Counted from the whole stretch's first letter, positions 1 through 12,165 are shown. The stretch: 62,249 nt of DNA, filler included, from Pirum gemmata (GCA_002812295.1; 17 parts of 17 records of this genome joined end to end with filler, not necessarily neighbours in it); one strand, 5' to 3'. Translations and numbers: made by a program. Notes: a model not told the origin generated them from the sequence alone.

Positions 1-217
1 TATTATTATTATTATTATTATTATTATTTTATAAATTTAATCTGCTTTTTGTTATTTTAATTTTGCTTTTTTGTTGTGTTTTCTTTATTTATTTACTCTT
101 CTTTTCTTTTTAAGAAAGCTATTTAAACATTTCCCTTTTATTTATTTTTTAAAGTATGTCATTCTCCAATGTTAACTCGACTAATTGCCTGATTATATTT
201 ACTTGTATTTGTTCTAG

Positions 218-1594
218 ATTTTCTATATGGAATACGATGATAGGAAGTTCATTGTTATCTATGCCCTGGGCATTTCAGCAAGCAGGTATGAACCCACTTA
301 ATCCCCTATACCAGATCAAAAACAGCATCAAATTTATTTCTTCTTGATCTTATAATCAACGTCTAAACTAAATCCCAAATTAAAAACTTCAATGAAGATA
401 AAAACCTTTTTTTAATTACCATTTCTGATTTGAATTTATTTCAAAACCACTCTTAATATTACAAAAGGTTTTGCTTTGGGTGTATCTCTAACTTTCGCAA
501 TGGGAGTTATTACATGCTATTCATGCATTTTGATTATAAAACTGGGTGCGATTCATAAATTTGTAAAGCATGATTTAGATTGGTCTGATATCACAGGATC
601 ATACGTCGGAAAATGGGCTGAACATTTAAATACAGTGTTTTCAATAATTACGTTAACAGGGGGTTGTATAGCTTACTGGATTTTAATGCCTAGTTTTCTT
701 TTTGAAGGAGGAAATCAAATTTATTATTTTGCTTACAATACAATGCCAAAAGTAGGGGGTGATTTTGAAAAATTATGGAATCTAAAATATTGTTCTTTGT
801 ACATTTTACCTATAATGTTTGTGTTATCTTCCATGAAAAAAATGTCTTTTTTCGCTAAATTTAATTCTTTGGGAGTGATGTCTGTTTTGTACATAGTGTT
901 ATATTGCATTGTTTGTTTGTGTCAGGCTGAGTATATACACCTTAAATCTTCAGAATTAGTCCAACCTTCGTTTTACAAATTAACTGGCGTATTAATGCAA
1001 AGCTATTTTATTCACAACAGTATTCTTTCGATTGTTCGAAACAACCGAGATCAGTCCAAAAATGTACGTGACGTCAGTATAGCCTTCTTTTTAAGCTGTT
1101 TATGTTATTCTATTGTTGGATGCTGTTTTTGGTTAAGTTTTCCAGGAGATCGCAGAAACATGCCCGCCAATTTACTAAATTATGCACCAGTCAATAGTTA
1201 CTGGGCATTAATCGGTAGGGGTTTTGTTTTTTTCCAAATGTTAACGGTATTCCCTCTCCTCTCGTACATTATTCGTTTACAAACAGTACAACTCCTGGAT
1301 AGAACTGAATTTCAATATCGCTATGTTATATTATTGAATATTTTAATTTGCTCGGTTTGTGTACTATTTGCGCTTTTTTATAACCATGTTGGGGACGTTT
1401 TACGGTTTGTTGGATCATTTTGTGGTTCCATTGTTATATTTGGGCTACCTTGCCTCACATGGATAACCTACTCGCGTTCTACTCGGGGTGAGGGGGGTGG
1501 TATTAGTGTTATAGATATAGTTCATTTTTTTTTGATAGCATTGGCTTTCTTAAATTTTGGTGCTCAATTCATTCCTTCAGAAGCCTCGACATAG
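218..1594 (+). CDS. SLC38A9: SLC38A9-like amino-acid transporter (Aa_trans/APC fold), 5'-partial; exons 218-285 and 468-1594
   Basis: An AG acceptor at 216-217, GT donor at 286 and AG at 466-467 join in frame to give FSIWNTMIGSSLLSMPWAFQQAG-FALGVSLTFAMG, which matches the TM1 WNTM(M/I)G..LS.PW...QAG signature of SLC38A9. There are about 11 hydrophobic segments and the motifs SYFIHN, RNN..Q..NVRD and FQM.TVFPLL.Y. Confidence 0.85.
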
Positions 1595-2200
1595 CCCCCC
1601 CCCCAGTAAAGCTGGGATTAGATCCCTTTTGTGTTAGTGTCGTTCATTGTGGGTGGGAGTTTATATACAATATGGCAAAGCAAACTTTGCTCTTTTAAAA
1701 TTACCATTCATTAGGGAAAAAAGTAAAATAACTATTATTCCATAGAACAAAGCCTTGTTACGATTAATAGCTTTTCTTCTTTTTTTGCACAACCAAGCTA
1801 GTGCGATTTAATATTAGCTTGCTGGTTGCTCTTAATTGGACAGTGAAACTTGGATTTAATTAGAAAATCCACTGGAATTTGGTAATCTGTATATGTTTTT
1901 GGTTTTTGGAATAAGACACGAAAAAAGTAGCCCACCATTCATAACCGATCCGCTTAATACGTAATATTTATAATATTATAATTTACCTTTAATTTAACGA
2001 AAATGGTGAAAAAAAAAAAAAAAATGAACGAGTGATTTTTTTCACCCATTCAATAGAAAGTAGTACACTATGATCTAAACACGTCAAAAAAAAAGGTACA
2101 CAATTATCACAGTCGATAATATGACTTAAAATGTTTTTGGTTGGTTGCATTTTTATTATTATTATTATTAGTCTATTCTTTAATTTTAATTTTTTTTTTT

Positions 2201-2374
2201 CGGATAAAAATGGCGACATCCGCCATATGAGCTCCAAAATCCAAAGAATCTCAAAATTATCCACTACCAAATTTTGAGAAGTCGTCTAACTAAGAAAACT
2301 ATTATGAACCAATGACTAGTTTTTAAAAATAATTTGATTAGTTAGCATTGAAAAGGTTTTTAGAAAAGAAGTCT
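2201..2374 (+). mobile_element. MITE family A copy (about 230-bp element, termini eroded here)
   Basis: The sequence ggataaaaatggcgacatccgccatatgagctc...ttatgaaccaatgactagtttt...agaaaagaagtct recurs at about 12288, 19425, 29195(-), 42991, 56440(-) and 58232. Confidence 0.7.
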
Positions 2375-3375
2375 GTTTTTTTTTGTTTGTTTGTTTGTTT
2401 GTTTTGGAAGTATTCTATCAATTATATTTGTATATTGCTGCCACCTTTGCAATGAGGCGTTTTCAACACAAATTATTACACTTTATTTTTTTTTTAACAC
2501 CTGTAATAACTTTATTAAAACTTTATTATAGATGTTGCGACGACTGTAATACAAATAAATAAATAGATAAATAACTAAATAAAAGATTATTGAAGGAAAA
2601 ATGAAAGTAGAAATTATCACACTTTTTCATTTCTGTATTTTCCATTACATGTAAAGCCCTGCCTAAATCCAATCAAAAATTAGTCGAAGAGCTCGAGTCT
2701 TACACCATGAGTTGATTGGAGTGAATGTGATCCGTTTATAAATAATTAGTAAGGGCATATTTCTTGGTAATAAATCTAGAAGTAGAAACTGTAAGATAGA
2801 TAATACTTGTACAGATCATCTTCGTCAATATTTTAGCTTTGTGTTGCTAAACCATGTGAAGTTCGATGTGCAAGAAACTGTGTTTTCCTTGGTTAAGAGC
2901 TCGAGGGGTATGTGTTCCTCATGATCCATCAAAACTAGATTACTCTGAGAAAAATGATGCTGTAGCTATAGGTGTTGTTAAAATTCTTAAAAAATCGACG
3001 GGGTTAAGACAAGTTCTGGTCCGCTTACAAGACTTAAGTCTTGCGCGATCATGATCACTAAGAATTACAATTAATCAAACAGCGGCGAATCGATAGTCAG
3101 TTAAAATCAGTATCAATCCAGCATAAACCTTAATTAAGTGCGTGTTATGTAATTTTTTTCAAGTACCCCTAAAGCTTGGTTGGCTTGTTCCATAGAGCGT
3201 TTATTGTGTGAAGAAGGCAAAAAAAAAAAAAAAACATCAAACCCACTTCGTGGGAAAAAAACCATCTGCACACAGTAGGTTTAGTCAGGCAAATGCCAAA
3301 TTCTAGATAAAACACATTCCAATCCCAATTTTTAAAAACATTTAGAATAAGAATAAGAATAAGAATAAGAATAAG

Positions 3376-3475
3376 NNNNNNNNNNNNNNNNNNNNNNNNN
3401 NNNNNNNNNNNNNNNNNNNTTAATTAATTAANNNNNNNNNNNNNNNNNNNNNNNNNNNNNNNNNNNNNNNNNNNN
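3376..3475. other. Artificial contig-joining linker N44-TTAATTAATTAA-N44 (first of 16)
   Basis: Identical 100-bp blocks start at 3376, 6877, 10413, 13913, 17425, 22576, 27058, 30592, 34093, 37626, 41158, 44720, 48232, 51746, 55241 and 58749. TTAATTAATTAA places stop codons in all six frames. Confidence 0.97.
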
Positions 3476-4638
3476 GTTAGGGTTAGGGTTAGGGTTAGGG
3501 TTAGGGTTAGTTTTACTTTTCATAATATTAATGATATTAATTAATACTATGATAAGCAATTGTATATTTGTTCTTTTGTTGTGGAAATAATGGTTTTTAA
3601 ACTTTGTTCCTAGTTTTATAGCGTTGTCGTTGTTGTTGTGGATATTGTTGGCTGTTTATAATATTTAAATTGATACTTTTAAATAAATAAATATATTATA
3701 AAATATACCAAATTAAATGAAATGGATTTATATTGTGTTAATGACAACAAAATAAATGAAAAGCACGATACGTATAATTTATCTAACATTTATGTAAATG
3801 ATAAACGTAATCATAATAATTATTATTATACTATAGGTAGGTATTATTAATAATACCAATAAATATTATTTGAACGTGTTTTTTCATGTAAATGAGGCCC
3901 ATTATGAGGGGTAGAGGGTCTACTACTGGCTGGTAGGTCTGGTAGGTCTAACCCTAACCCTAACCCTACCCCTAACCCTGATAATACGACACGTCAAGGG
4001 GTAGGTAGGTAGGTGGTATTTGACCGGAAATTGATATCGATAACTGTATTTGACTACTATGATACTAGCTAGCTACTAGCTAGCTTGTATCATAGCTATC
4101 ATACAGATTCATACTATTGATAGTAGAATCTAATAGTCGATATCGATAGAATCGATAGTATGATAGGAAGACAACTGTAAGAAAGGCCTTGTAAGAAGTA
4201 TCATTAAAAATTCCTATCGATATTACGAGTGTATTACGTTACTTATGTTCGAAAACTAAACATTCTAGCGAAACCCAAAAGTTTAAAAACATATTTGCAC
4301 TAGACCTACAGAGGTATTATAACTGGTATTATAGTGGTATTATCATTGTCTATATGAATAGATATATGAATAATCAGTCTATCGTGCTTTTCAGTAGTTT
4401 TTTTCAGTATCATAAGAATATATTATTTTTGTAAAAATGATGGTCTATGAAGACTGAAGTGTCTATGACTTGTCTATGATAGACTAGCTAGACTAGCTAG
4501 ACTATCATAAAATTTAATAATAAAAATAAAAAAAGATGTTTGACAGGAAGAGAAGATTTGGCAGTCAATAAAAAAATATGTCTGCCAAAAAAGCCAAAAA
4601 AAGCAAAGAGTTCAAGAAAAAAAAAAGACCTAGAGCTA

Positions 4639-4769
4639 GGGAGCGTTCAAATACTACCAATTTCTGGTCAAACACAGCTTCAAATACCCCTACCTACCTA
4701 CCCCTCGACGTTAAAATTTCCGGTCAAATACCACCCAGTCTACCTACCTACCTACCCCTTGACGTGACG
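4639..4769 (+). mobile_element. MITE family D (PIF/Harbinger-like), right end truncated
   Basis: Starts cta|GGGAGCGTTCAAATACTAC and carries internal CCTACCTACC repeats. It is near-identical to the complete copy at 60383-60527. Confidence 0.75.
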
Positions 4770-4991
4770 GGTGAGATTCGAGAAAACATAATCGAATCAA
4801 ACAGCTCGATCTTATTAATTTTATTAAATGGTGACAAATTTGAAATAATATTCTTTTTTTTTTTTTTCGAGTTTCAAGTTTTTTAGATCGAAAAATTTTG
4901 AAAACTTCCAAGTAATGTCGATTTTTTTTACATCTCCCGATTCTAGACTACTATTAATTAGACTATTATGGTCTACTGGCCATGGTAGCTC

Positions 4992-5282
4992 AACGACTGC
5001 AACACACTAACAAACCAACACCCTCAAAACTACAATCAAAATTTTACATTGCACAACATTATATTAATTAAAATTCAACAATAAAAACAACAAAAACTTA
5101 ATACCAAAAAATGGATAATTTGCACAACCTTCCTTCCCCAACAACTACAACACACTAACAAACCAACACCATCAAAACTACAATCAAAATTTTATAATCA
5201 CATTAATTATTACACAACAACATTATAATCAACAATAAAAACAACAAAAACTTAATACCAAAATGGATAATTTACACAACCG
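4992..5282. repeat. Tandem duplication, two units of about 145-150 bp
   Basis: caacacactaacaaaccaacac.tcaaaactacaatcaaaatttta...aaaacttaatacca...atggataattt.cacaacc occurs at about 4992-5130 and 5141-5280. Confidence 0.8.
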
Positions 5283-5352
5283 ACACCCTACAAAACATGA
5301 CTCCAATACAAAACAACACAGAACAAATCCTAAATAATTAGTATAATAATAC

Positions 5353-5392
<40 letters not shown>

Positions 5393-5519
5393 ATATTAGT
5401 TTTTAAAAACTTTGTTCCTAGTATTATAGCGTTAACGTTGTAGTCGTTGTTGTGGATATTATTGGATTTGTTGTCTATATTCAGATTTATATGTAATATT
5501 TTTTTGATGTGTGTGTGAT

Positions 5520-6420
5520 TTAATACTCCATATTATTATTACATCAATATGACCACTTAATTATCGTTCATAATAGCTATGATCATTATAATATAGAACC
5601 CTAACTTTAGCACTAACGTTAACCCTAGCCTTAACGTTAACCCTAACCCTAATGTTATCTCTAATCCTAACGTTAAACCCTAACCCTAATGTTAACCCTA
5701 ACCCTAATGTTAACCCTAACCCTAACGTTAACACCAACACGTCAACTATGATATTAAAATATCATTATAGCTATTAGAGAAAAAAAAAATTAAAAAAATA
5801 AACTGAAAAATAAAATAAAATAAAATAAAATAAAATTTTATTCATTTTCAGTATGTTATAAAAAGCACAATAATATTATAATATAATATTATATTATATA
5901 TAATATAAAATTTAATATTCCATATTAATATTAATATTAATATTACATCAATGTGACCACTTAATTAATTATCGTTCATTATAGCTATGATCATTATTTA
6001 TAATATGGAACCCTAACACTAACACTAACGTTAACCCTAACACTAACACTAACGTTAAACCTAACCCTAACGTTAACCCTAACCCTAATGTTAACCCTAA
6101 CCCTAATGTTAACCCTAACCCTAATGTTAACCCTAACCCTAATGTTAACCAAAACCCTAACCCTAATGTTAACAACATTAACTGTAACCCTAATTGGCCA
6201 TTCTACCAACATTAGCTAGCTAGGGGCTTCTATAGCTAGCTACTAGAAAAAAATTACATCAATCGTTCATTATAGCTATGATCATTATTTACAATATGGA
6301 ACCCTAACCCTAACCCTAACCCTAACCCTAACCGTTAACGTTAACCCTAACCCTAATGTAAACCTAACCCTAACGTTAACTGTAACCCTAATTATAACGT
6401 TAACGTTAACCCTAACCTTT
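5520..6420. repeat. Three composite units, each a unique head followed by a CCCTAA-derived array (18-mer AACCCTAACCCTAATGTT variants)
   Basis: The head ttacatcaat...atcgttcattatagctatgatcatta...tat(a/g)gaaccctaa occurs at about 5539, 5943 and 6254, and each copy runs into telomere-like variants. Confidence 0.8.
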
Positions 6421-7045
6421 AACCCATAGAAGTCCATATACATTCATATGATTCCATGAACCGTTTCCCAGCACTTTCTTTATCCACTTATGGCTCTTGA
6501 CAATTATTATAATATTGTATTGTAAATTTAAATAGTATTATATTAATAGCAGAATTTTTTTAAATTTTGATTATTAATTGAATTGATTATTAATATGAAA
6601 TATTATGACAATAATTATATAATATTATGTTGGATTTTATATATTAATTGTAATAATTGTAAAATCTATTATTAACAATAATTATTGAGTTTATATAATA
6701 CAATAATATAAATTAACCATATTTATTATAATATATATAATTTAATTATATATTATAATATTTCATTTATTTTGTCATAATAAAATATACAATATTAATA
6801 AAGAGTACCAAATTAATACAATATAAATCCATTTTATTTAATTTGGTATATTTTATCATCTATTCATTCGTTTAAANNNNNNNNNNNNNNNNNNNNNNNN
6901 NNNNNNNNNNNNNNNNNNNNTTAATTAATTAANNNNNNNNNNNNNNNNNNNNNNNNNNNNNNNNNNNNNNNNNNNNATTATTATTATTATTATTTCTATA
7001 TTACTTGATATATACATATGTACTTATATTTTTTATACTATATAG

Positions 7046-8560
7046 AAAAATCTTCCTCTTCTTTCAAAAATAACTTTAGATGGACAATCAATACAATGTT
7101 GTCAGAGTATGACTGAACTGAAATTTTTAAATAAAAAGAAAAATATTGTAAATTGTACAATCGATAAAGTACAATATAATGATATTAACGTTTATGGATC
7201 CGAGTGCTTAAAGAAATGCAAACCCCAATTGTCCTGCATCAAGACCATGTCAAACACATGTGTTGTTGATAGTGATATTCAAAAATGCCAGCAATGTCAA
7301 CAGGGTTATTCCCCAGACATAAACGGCCAATGCCTTGAAAACGGTAATAATTCTGAATACGATTATACTTGGGTTATTATACTTTGCTGTGTGTTAGGAG
7401 TTTTAATTGTGGCGGGTGTTTGTGTAGGAATATGGTATTATCACTACAGTAAAAAGGGAAAACAAAAAGACGTTTTAAAAGGTATAAGTGCAAAAGATTT
7501 TATTTTAGGTGGAACAATTCATGAAGATCCTATAACTGAAGAGGATATGAACGAATACTCTAATGCAATTATTATGGCCAACGGAATGAAGAAAAACAAA
7601 GAAATGCCTAAAGAAGCCAACGAAATGAAGAAAAACAAAGAAATGCCTAAAGATGATAATGATGAATATGATTGTCCCGGCGCTAATAAAAGTGCTGGAA
7701 TCGCTATACAGTATTTAACAATTGATCTTGAAGACCAAGATTTCGTTCCTAATAATACTGCAGAATCAGAACAAACAACATGTTCGGAGTACTGTCAAAT
7801 TGGTGAAAATATGGAAAATGGTACTAACGTACAACCTCCACCATCCAAGTATTGTCAAATAGGAGCAGATATGCAAGTTCCGAATAATGCCCCTATCATG
7901 GATGATGAGTACTGTACACTACAAATGTCTAATAATGCAATTACATCTTCAGCACCTATTATTGAGGATGAATACTGTGCCCCACAGATTAACCGTCGTT
8001 CACCCTCTACAAATGCAAATCCACCTTGTACAGCAGCACCGACACCAATACCAATTATTGAAGATGAATACTGCGCTCCGCAATTGAATCGTCGTCAGTC
8101 TACACTTGGAAAAAAACCTAAAAATTCCAATAGAGAAAGTGTTATTTTCGAAGGCCCACCTTGTACACCACCACCAACTCCAGCTCCAGTATTAATACCA
8201 GCTCCAATAATTGAAGATGAATATTGTGCACCACAAATGAGTTGTCGACAATCTACTCTTGGAACAAAACGAATTTCTAATAGAGAAAGTGTTATTATCG
8301 AAGATGAGTATTGTGCTCCCCAATCTTTGCCCGAAAACGCTAATATAATGGAGGAAGAATATTTCGCTCCACAATCTGTACCTCAACAGTCTCAATTGGT
8401 GCCACAGCACATGTTACCAGTTCCTGAACAGGTACCTCCCCCATTGGAAGCAGTGGAAGATGAGTATTTTGTTCCTAATGAAGTAAAATCGTTACCGGTA
8501 GCTGATGATCAGCCAGTTGAAATTGAAGACGAATATTTCGTTCCTAATGAATTGAAATGA
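7046..8560 (+). CDS. Single-pass membrane receptor-like protein, 5'-partial terminal exon: probable LRR-cap/Cys-rich ectodomain, TM helix, and cytoplasmic array of Tyr motifs with no catalytic domain
   Basis: After the acceptor tatag (7041-7045) the frame reads KNLPLLSKITLDGQSIQCCQSM into the 483-aa ORF. It contains a Cys cluster (CQQCQQGYSPDINGQC), a TM segment WVIILCCVLGVLIVAGVCVGIWYY followed by basic residues, and repeated EDEYCAP/EDEYFVP motifs up to the stop. Confidence 0.8.
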   Translation, partial: KNLPLLSKITLDGQSIQCCQSMTELKFLNKKKNIVNCTIDKVQYNDINVYGSECLKKCKPQLSCIKTMSNTCVVDSDIQKCQQCQQGYSPDINGQCLENGNNSEYDYTWVIILCCVLGVLIVAGVCVGIWYYHYSKKGKQKDVLKGISAKDFILGGTIHEDPITEEDMNEYSNAIIMANGMKKNKEMPKEANEMKKNKEMPKDDNDEYDCPGANKSAGIAIQYLTIDLEDQDFVPNNTAESEQTTCSEYCQIGENMENGTNVQPPPSKYCQIGADMQVPNNAPIMDDEYCTLQMSNNAITSSAPIIEDEYCAPQINRRSPSTNANPPCTAAPTPIPIIEDEYCAPQLNRRQSTLGKKPKNSNRESVIFEGPPCTPPPTPAPVLIPAPIIEDEYCAPQMSCRQSTLGTKRISNRESVIIEDEYCAPQSLPENANIMEEEYFAPQSVPQQSQLVPQHMLPVPEQVPPPLEAVEDEYFVPNEVKSLPVADDQPVEIEDEYFVPNELK

Positions 8561-8709
8561 TTATAATATAAGAATTTGTTGTGTTTTAATTGCTTATATT
8601 TAAATATATCAATCGAGCATAATTATAACAATTATTTATTGATCGATATATTTCAATTATATATATGTACTAAATGTATAATTAATGAGTTATAAAATTA
8701 ATTAATAAT

Positions 8710-8745
<36 letters not shown>

Positions 8746-9273
8746 CACCTAGTCTGAAAATTTATTATTCATCACGATAATCACCAATTTGTATTTTACC
8801 CATAGGTTTTACAACTGTACTAGTTTACTAAAGTTTACTAAGGTTTACTAAGTTTAGTTTAGTGGTTCAGCCCTATTTATATTACCGGTATAATAAACTA
8901 CTTTTATGGTTTTTGGTTTTTACAATATATATAATAAGGGTATATTGAAAACTATATATAGTAAAAATAATATATCCATTATACCCATTAACAGAATATA
9001 TTACTATTTTGGAAAACATATTATTTTTTTATAAACATATTACTTTTTTAGTTAACGAAAACGACAAAATTACAAATTAAGAAACCAAGAAATCATTTGA
9101 CCAATAGTAAATCGGATAAGAGTTTCAAGACCAAAACAAGAAAATTTACGCACAAAAACAAACTGAGCAAAACAAATATGATCAGTATATGACCTAAGCT
9201 AAGCTAGCTAGCCCACTGTCTAGCTACTTTCTACTAGCTAGCTAGCTCGGGTCTATCATATCGGTACTGGTAG

Positions 9274-9483
9274 AGTAGGGTTAAACAGATGTTTATCGAG
9301 CCAACCTTAGTTCAGTGTTTCTTGCTAATAATAGCAGTTAAATAGCTTAAAATAGTAAATCTAATTATAGCAGATACCAGTTAAAGTAGTAATATTAACA
9401 TTAATAGTAATAAAAACCATAAAAATCGGAAAAGTTCCGGCAGCTTCTCGGTAATAATAAAATGACGTCATCTCACCCCTACT
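9274..9483 (-). mobile_element. MITE family F (hAT-like) diverged copy
   Basis: Reverse-complement match to 25178-25398, ending aaaatgacgtcatctcacccctact. Confidence 0.7.
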
Positions 9484-11511
9484 ACCAGTAGTCTAATAAA
9501 GAGTATCGATAAAATAACCCTAATAAAAGTGTAGCGTATAGTCTAATATTTATTTTGGCATTTCCAAAACAAAAAGTCTATTTTGTTCTATTTATCATTA
9601 TAATAAATTATGTCCAAATAAGAATAATTTGGTATAACATAAAAAAAAAAATGGAAATTAGCATTTTTTCTCTACGCTATGATAGGGAAATCCCCCCCGT
9701 TTTTTTTAAAAATCTTTTTTAAAAAAAAAAACCAAAAAAAAACTATATTTGGATATAGTTTTACCATTATTATATATATATATTTTATATTACTAAAAAT
9801 AGTTGATCTATAATTAACTGAGAAAATGAGGCTTATTACTGGTAGTAAATATCTTGAAATATAGAATTGGAAAAATTATTGTGCTTTTCATTTATTTTGT
9901 CACTCTTATTATTTATTTGGTTGGTTATAATATTTAAGTTGTTTTCGAACAAAAGTAATGTAATAGGTATTTAATAGATTTGAAATGTTCGAATATAAAA
10001 AGAAAAAGTCCATTTCTAAACAAGACTTCAAAGTTCAAACTACTTCAACACTATCATCGCTAGACTATTTTTTTAAAAAATACTAAAACAAGTTTTTATT
10101 GATATTTATAAATAATATAAAATTAATTTTTATAAATAATTTGTATGACGTTCAAAATAAAAAAAATCACAAAAGTAACTAGAAATAATTTTTTTTGTAA
10201 CTATTGTACTAAAATTGTATTATTATTTCTTGTTTATTAATATTGGTATTATTATCATTAGCTTTATTGTTATTATTATTATTATTACTATTATTATTTT
10301 ATTATTTCTTTTTTAAAACTATAATATTATTTTAAATAATAGTACTATAAACATCGTCAATTTTATCTTTTTATTATTATAGTTAATATTTTCATTATTA
10401 TTATTATTATTANNNNNNNNNNNNNNNNNNNNNNNNNNNNNNNNNNNNNNNNNNNNTTAATTAATTAANNNNNNNNNNNNNNNNNNNNNNNNNNNNNNNN
10501 NNNNNNNNNNNNTTATTATTATTATTACAGTTATAATTAACATTTAAAACGTTAACAATATTACTGACTTCGTCGTTAGCATTGTGTACAGGTAGTAACG
10601 GCATATTAATAATAACTGTATAATTATATAAAAAAAGTTTTTTTTTTTCTTTTCAAAAAATATTAAAAATTTCGATGACAAAAATACAATAAGGGTAACA
10701 CTGCAATAACGATAAAAATTTAAAAAAATAAAAAATTTTAGTTTTTTCATTTTTTTTATTTTTATTAGATTTTGAGTTTATGAAAAGCTTTTTCCTTTTT
10801 TTTGTTTGTGATGATGATGGTGATATGTGATGTTAATAATGATGATGATGATTATGAGGATGATAATGATAATAATAAAGATAACGATAATGATGATATT
10901 AATATTAATAATACTAATGATAATAATAATGCTATGAAATAATGATGATGATATAATGATAATGATAATGATGATCGATGATGATGATAATATCACATAG
11001 TTTTTAACTATTGCAGTAAAACCTTACTTGTAAAATTAATAATATTAATATCCAAAGAATTGATTCAAGTTAGGGTTATAATATAATAATAATAATAAGT
11101 GCACATAATAATTATTAAAATAATAACTGAAGTTGTTTTATTAAAACAATCCATTGCATCGTCTACTTACTCGGTTAGGGTTAGGGTTAGGGTTCAGGTT
11201 AGGGTCAGGGTTATGGTATAATATGTTAGGGTTAGGGTTAAGGTTAGGGTCAGGGTTATGGTATAATATATATGAGTTAGGGTAGGGTTAGGGTCAGGGT
11301 TAGGGCTAATTAATATTACCTATTAGTACATATTAATATATATTCACAATTAGTTATCGTAACGTTATTAGTATTAATTTAATAGAGTATTATCGTTATC
11401 ATTCTTATATTAATGTATTATTTTTATAATAATCTACAAAAATTTTTAATACTAATAATAAGTCTTTTTCAATAATCTTTTTATATAATAATAATAATAT
11501 CAATAAAAACA

Positions 11512-12165
11512 ATGAGTTGTTTATTTAAGAGTTTGAATTTTTTACTAGTGCTGTTTACTACAGCAGCGTTTGGTATATTTTGTTTTATACCATTGTACAA
11601 AATCACAAACCCAACTGGTTTAGTTTTTCAAGAATCACACATTAGTTTATTTTTCATGTACAATTCAATAAAAAAGCCATTTGACAATTTATTATTTATA
11701 GACATTGATTGTAAACTACATGGTGATAACGGCGTTTCTGATTACTCTATTTTTGATTCTGATTATTGCACACAATGGAATGTCGCACGTGGTTTTGCGT
11801 TAAGTGGTTTTATTTTATCTGCTCTTTATATTTTGTTTGTATTGATGGCTTACTGTTGTCGTTCTACTTGTATGGCCATATGTTTAGCTATTGGGGAATT
11901 GCTTATTGTTGCATCTGCAGTTGTAGCCTTTTACTTCACTTATAATGTTTTAGAAAATAATGATACTCTTTCTTTGATTAAACACGTAGCTAATGGATGG
12001 AATACGATTGTAAAATCCTGGGGAGTCAATATAGAATTTTCCACTGATTTTGAACCTGGGTTTTATGGAGCTGGAATTTCTATGATGGTATTGAGTTTAT
12101 TCACCTTTTTTTGCATGTGTGTTGTTGCGCATGGTATTAGAAAGAAAAATCAATATGCTTTTTAA
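11512..12165 (+). CDS. Claudin/PMP22-superfamily-like four-TM protein, intronless
   Basis: Complete 217-aa ORF with four hydrophobic helices and a large first loop containing two Cys. The segment YCTQWNVARGFALSG before TM2 resembles the claudin-type C...ARAF, and PGFYGA precedes TM4. Confidence 0.6.
   Translation: MSCLFKSLNFLLVLFTTAAFGIFCFIPLYKITNPTGLVFQESHISLFFMYNSIKKPFDNLLFIDIDCKLHGDNGVSDYSIFDSDYCTQWNVARGFALSGFILSALYILFVLMAYCCRSTCMAICLAIGELLIVASAVVAFYFTYNVLENNDTLSLIKHVANGWNTIVKSWGVNIEFSTDFEPGFYGAGISMMVLSLFTFFCMCVVAHGIRKKNQYAF

Noticed and set aside
2600..3060. Higher-GC stretch with ORF 2866-3054 as a gene or transposase remnant
   Set aside because: It has no recognisable motif and multiple stops in all frames.
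3476..3510. TTAGGG runs at contig ends as true chromosome telomeres
   Set aside because: The orientation here points into the contig, and other terminal runs (17424, 48332, 51745) lie in introns. They are better explained as assembly breaks at interstitial arrays.
4540..4886. ORFs 4540-4767, 4578-4886 and 60371-60553 with PTYLP repeats
   Set aside because: They are chance translations of MITE family D.
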